Positions 63,501 to 64,000 of a stretch of DNA of 64,000 nt are shown here, one piece after another (the stretch's first letter is position 1; the number at the start of each line of letters is the position of its first letter). Origin of the DNA: Schmidtea polychroa (Eukaryota); assembly GCA_044892525.1 (NCBI GenBank), contig CM097885.1, positions 11,720,001 through 11,784,000 on the forward strand. Reading direction: 5' to 3'. The notes beneath the pieces are model-generated. The model saw only the letters and a list, made by a program, of their open reading frames with translations. It was not told the DNA's origin and searched no databases. The translations under genes were made by a program, and so were the position numbers.

Positions 63501-64000
63501 TGTGTAATTCTTCACAGAGATTATTAACATTCTGTTCGAAACCGACTTTTCGTAAATCCACGAAAATCGATGATGACTTGATTTCGGTTTTATTGAGGAA
63601 GGACATAGTGTGTTTGAATAGACCTAGTTACATTGGTCAAACCGTACTTGATTTATCCAAACTTCGCATGTACCAGCTGCAGTATGAAGAGTTGCAAAAA
63701 TATCGCGATGAATTCAACTGCGAAATTAATATCGTTGCTGGAGACACAGATTCCTTCTTCTTGGAAATTAAACATTGTAGTCTTGACATTCTTTTACCTG
63801 CGATGATTAGAGATCAATTATTAGATACTTCGAATTATGACCCAAATCATCCTTTATATAGTAGGAACCTTGATTCTGTCATTGGTAAATTCAAAGACGA
63901 GAATAAAGGGTTATTATATAAAGATTGGGTGTTCTTGAGACCTAAATGTTACAGTTTGATGGGTGATGAGGAAAGTATGAAGGCTAAGGGGATAAGTATG
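59446..64000 (+). pseudogene. Protein-primed DNA polymerase B with three 5' introns and two nonsense codons, 3'-partial
   Basis: Exons 59446-59500, 59548-59604, 59651-59710, 60261 onward; TAA 61943, TAG 62150; YADFE, RDHDH, FHNLKGYD, KGIFPY, YIDINNLYG, KLLNNSLYGKT, GDTDS, KAKG. Confidence 0.92.

Larger units (their letters stand above)
43260..64000. mobile_element. Polinton/Maverick element 3 (relative of element 2, inverted; runs off the window)
   Basis: Begins AGTAGG; TIR shares GTTCCCGCCAAC...AAAGCTCA.TCCAAGACCTTTCGAATGAGCTAT with element 2; same gene order; assignment of pPolB to this element is inferred. Confidence 0.85.

Overview
Very AT-rich eukaryotic (animal) DNA with (AAT)n microsatellites and 36-51 nt introns; a triclad flatworm host is plausible but is inference only. 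The window is a nest of three Polinton/Maverick (adintovirus-like) endogenous DNA viruses. Element 1 (~7689-35690) is decayed and rearranged. It carries MCP, penton, adenain protease, packaging ATPase, a ZnF-PLA2-integrase fusion, a fiber-like protein, pPolB and three tRNA-like Pol III cassettes. Element 2 (19552-33431) has AGTAGT...ACTACT ends, ~1.3-1.4 kb near-identical TIRs and a TTTAAT 6-bp TSD, and is inserted inside the pPolB gene of element 1. Its virion and integration genes are intact and it carries a TBP-like gene, but no polymerase is visible. Element 3 (43260 to beyond the window end) is an inverted, partly pseudogenised relative of element 2 inserted into an LTR. It additionally carries a spliced Bcl-2-like gene and, after ~7 kb of repeats, an intron-containing pPolB. 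Between elements 1 and 3 lie a solo LTR, Gypsy and Penelope fragments, a piggyBac-type MITE and a three-exon host neuropeptide-precursor-like gene that the ORF track misses. All calls come from motif recognition and manual translation; no database searches were run.
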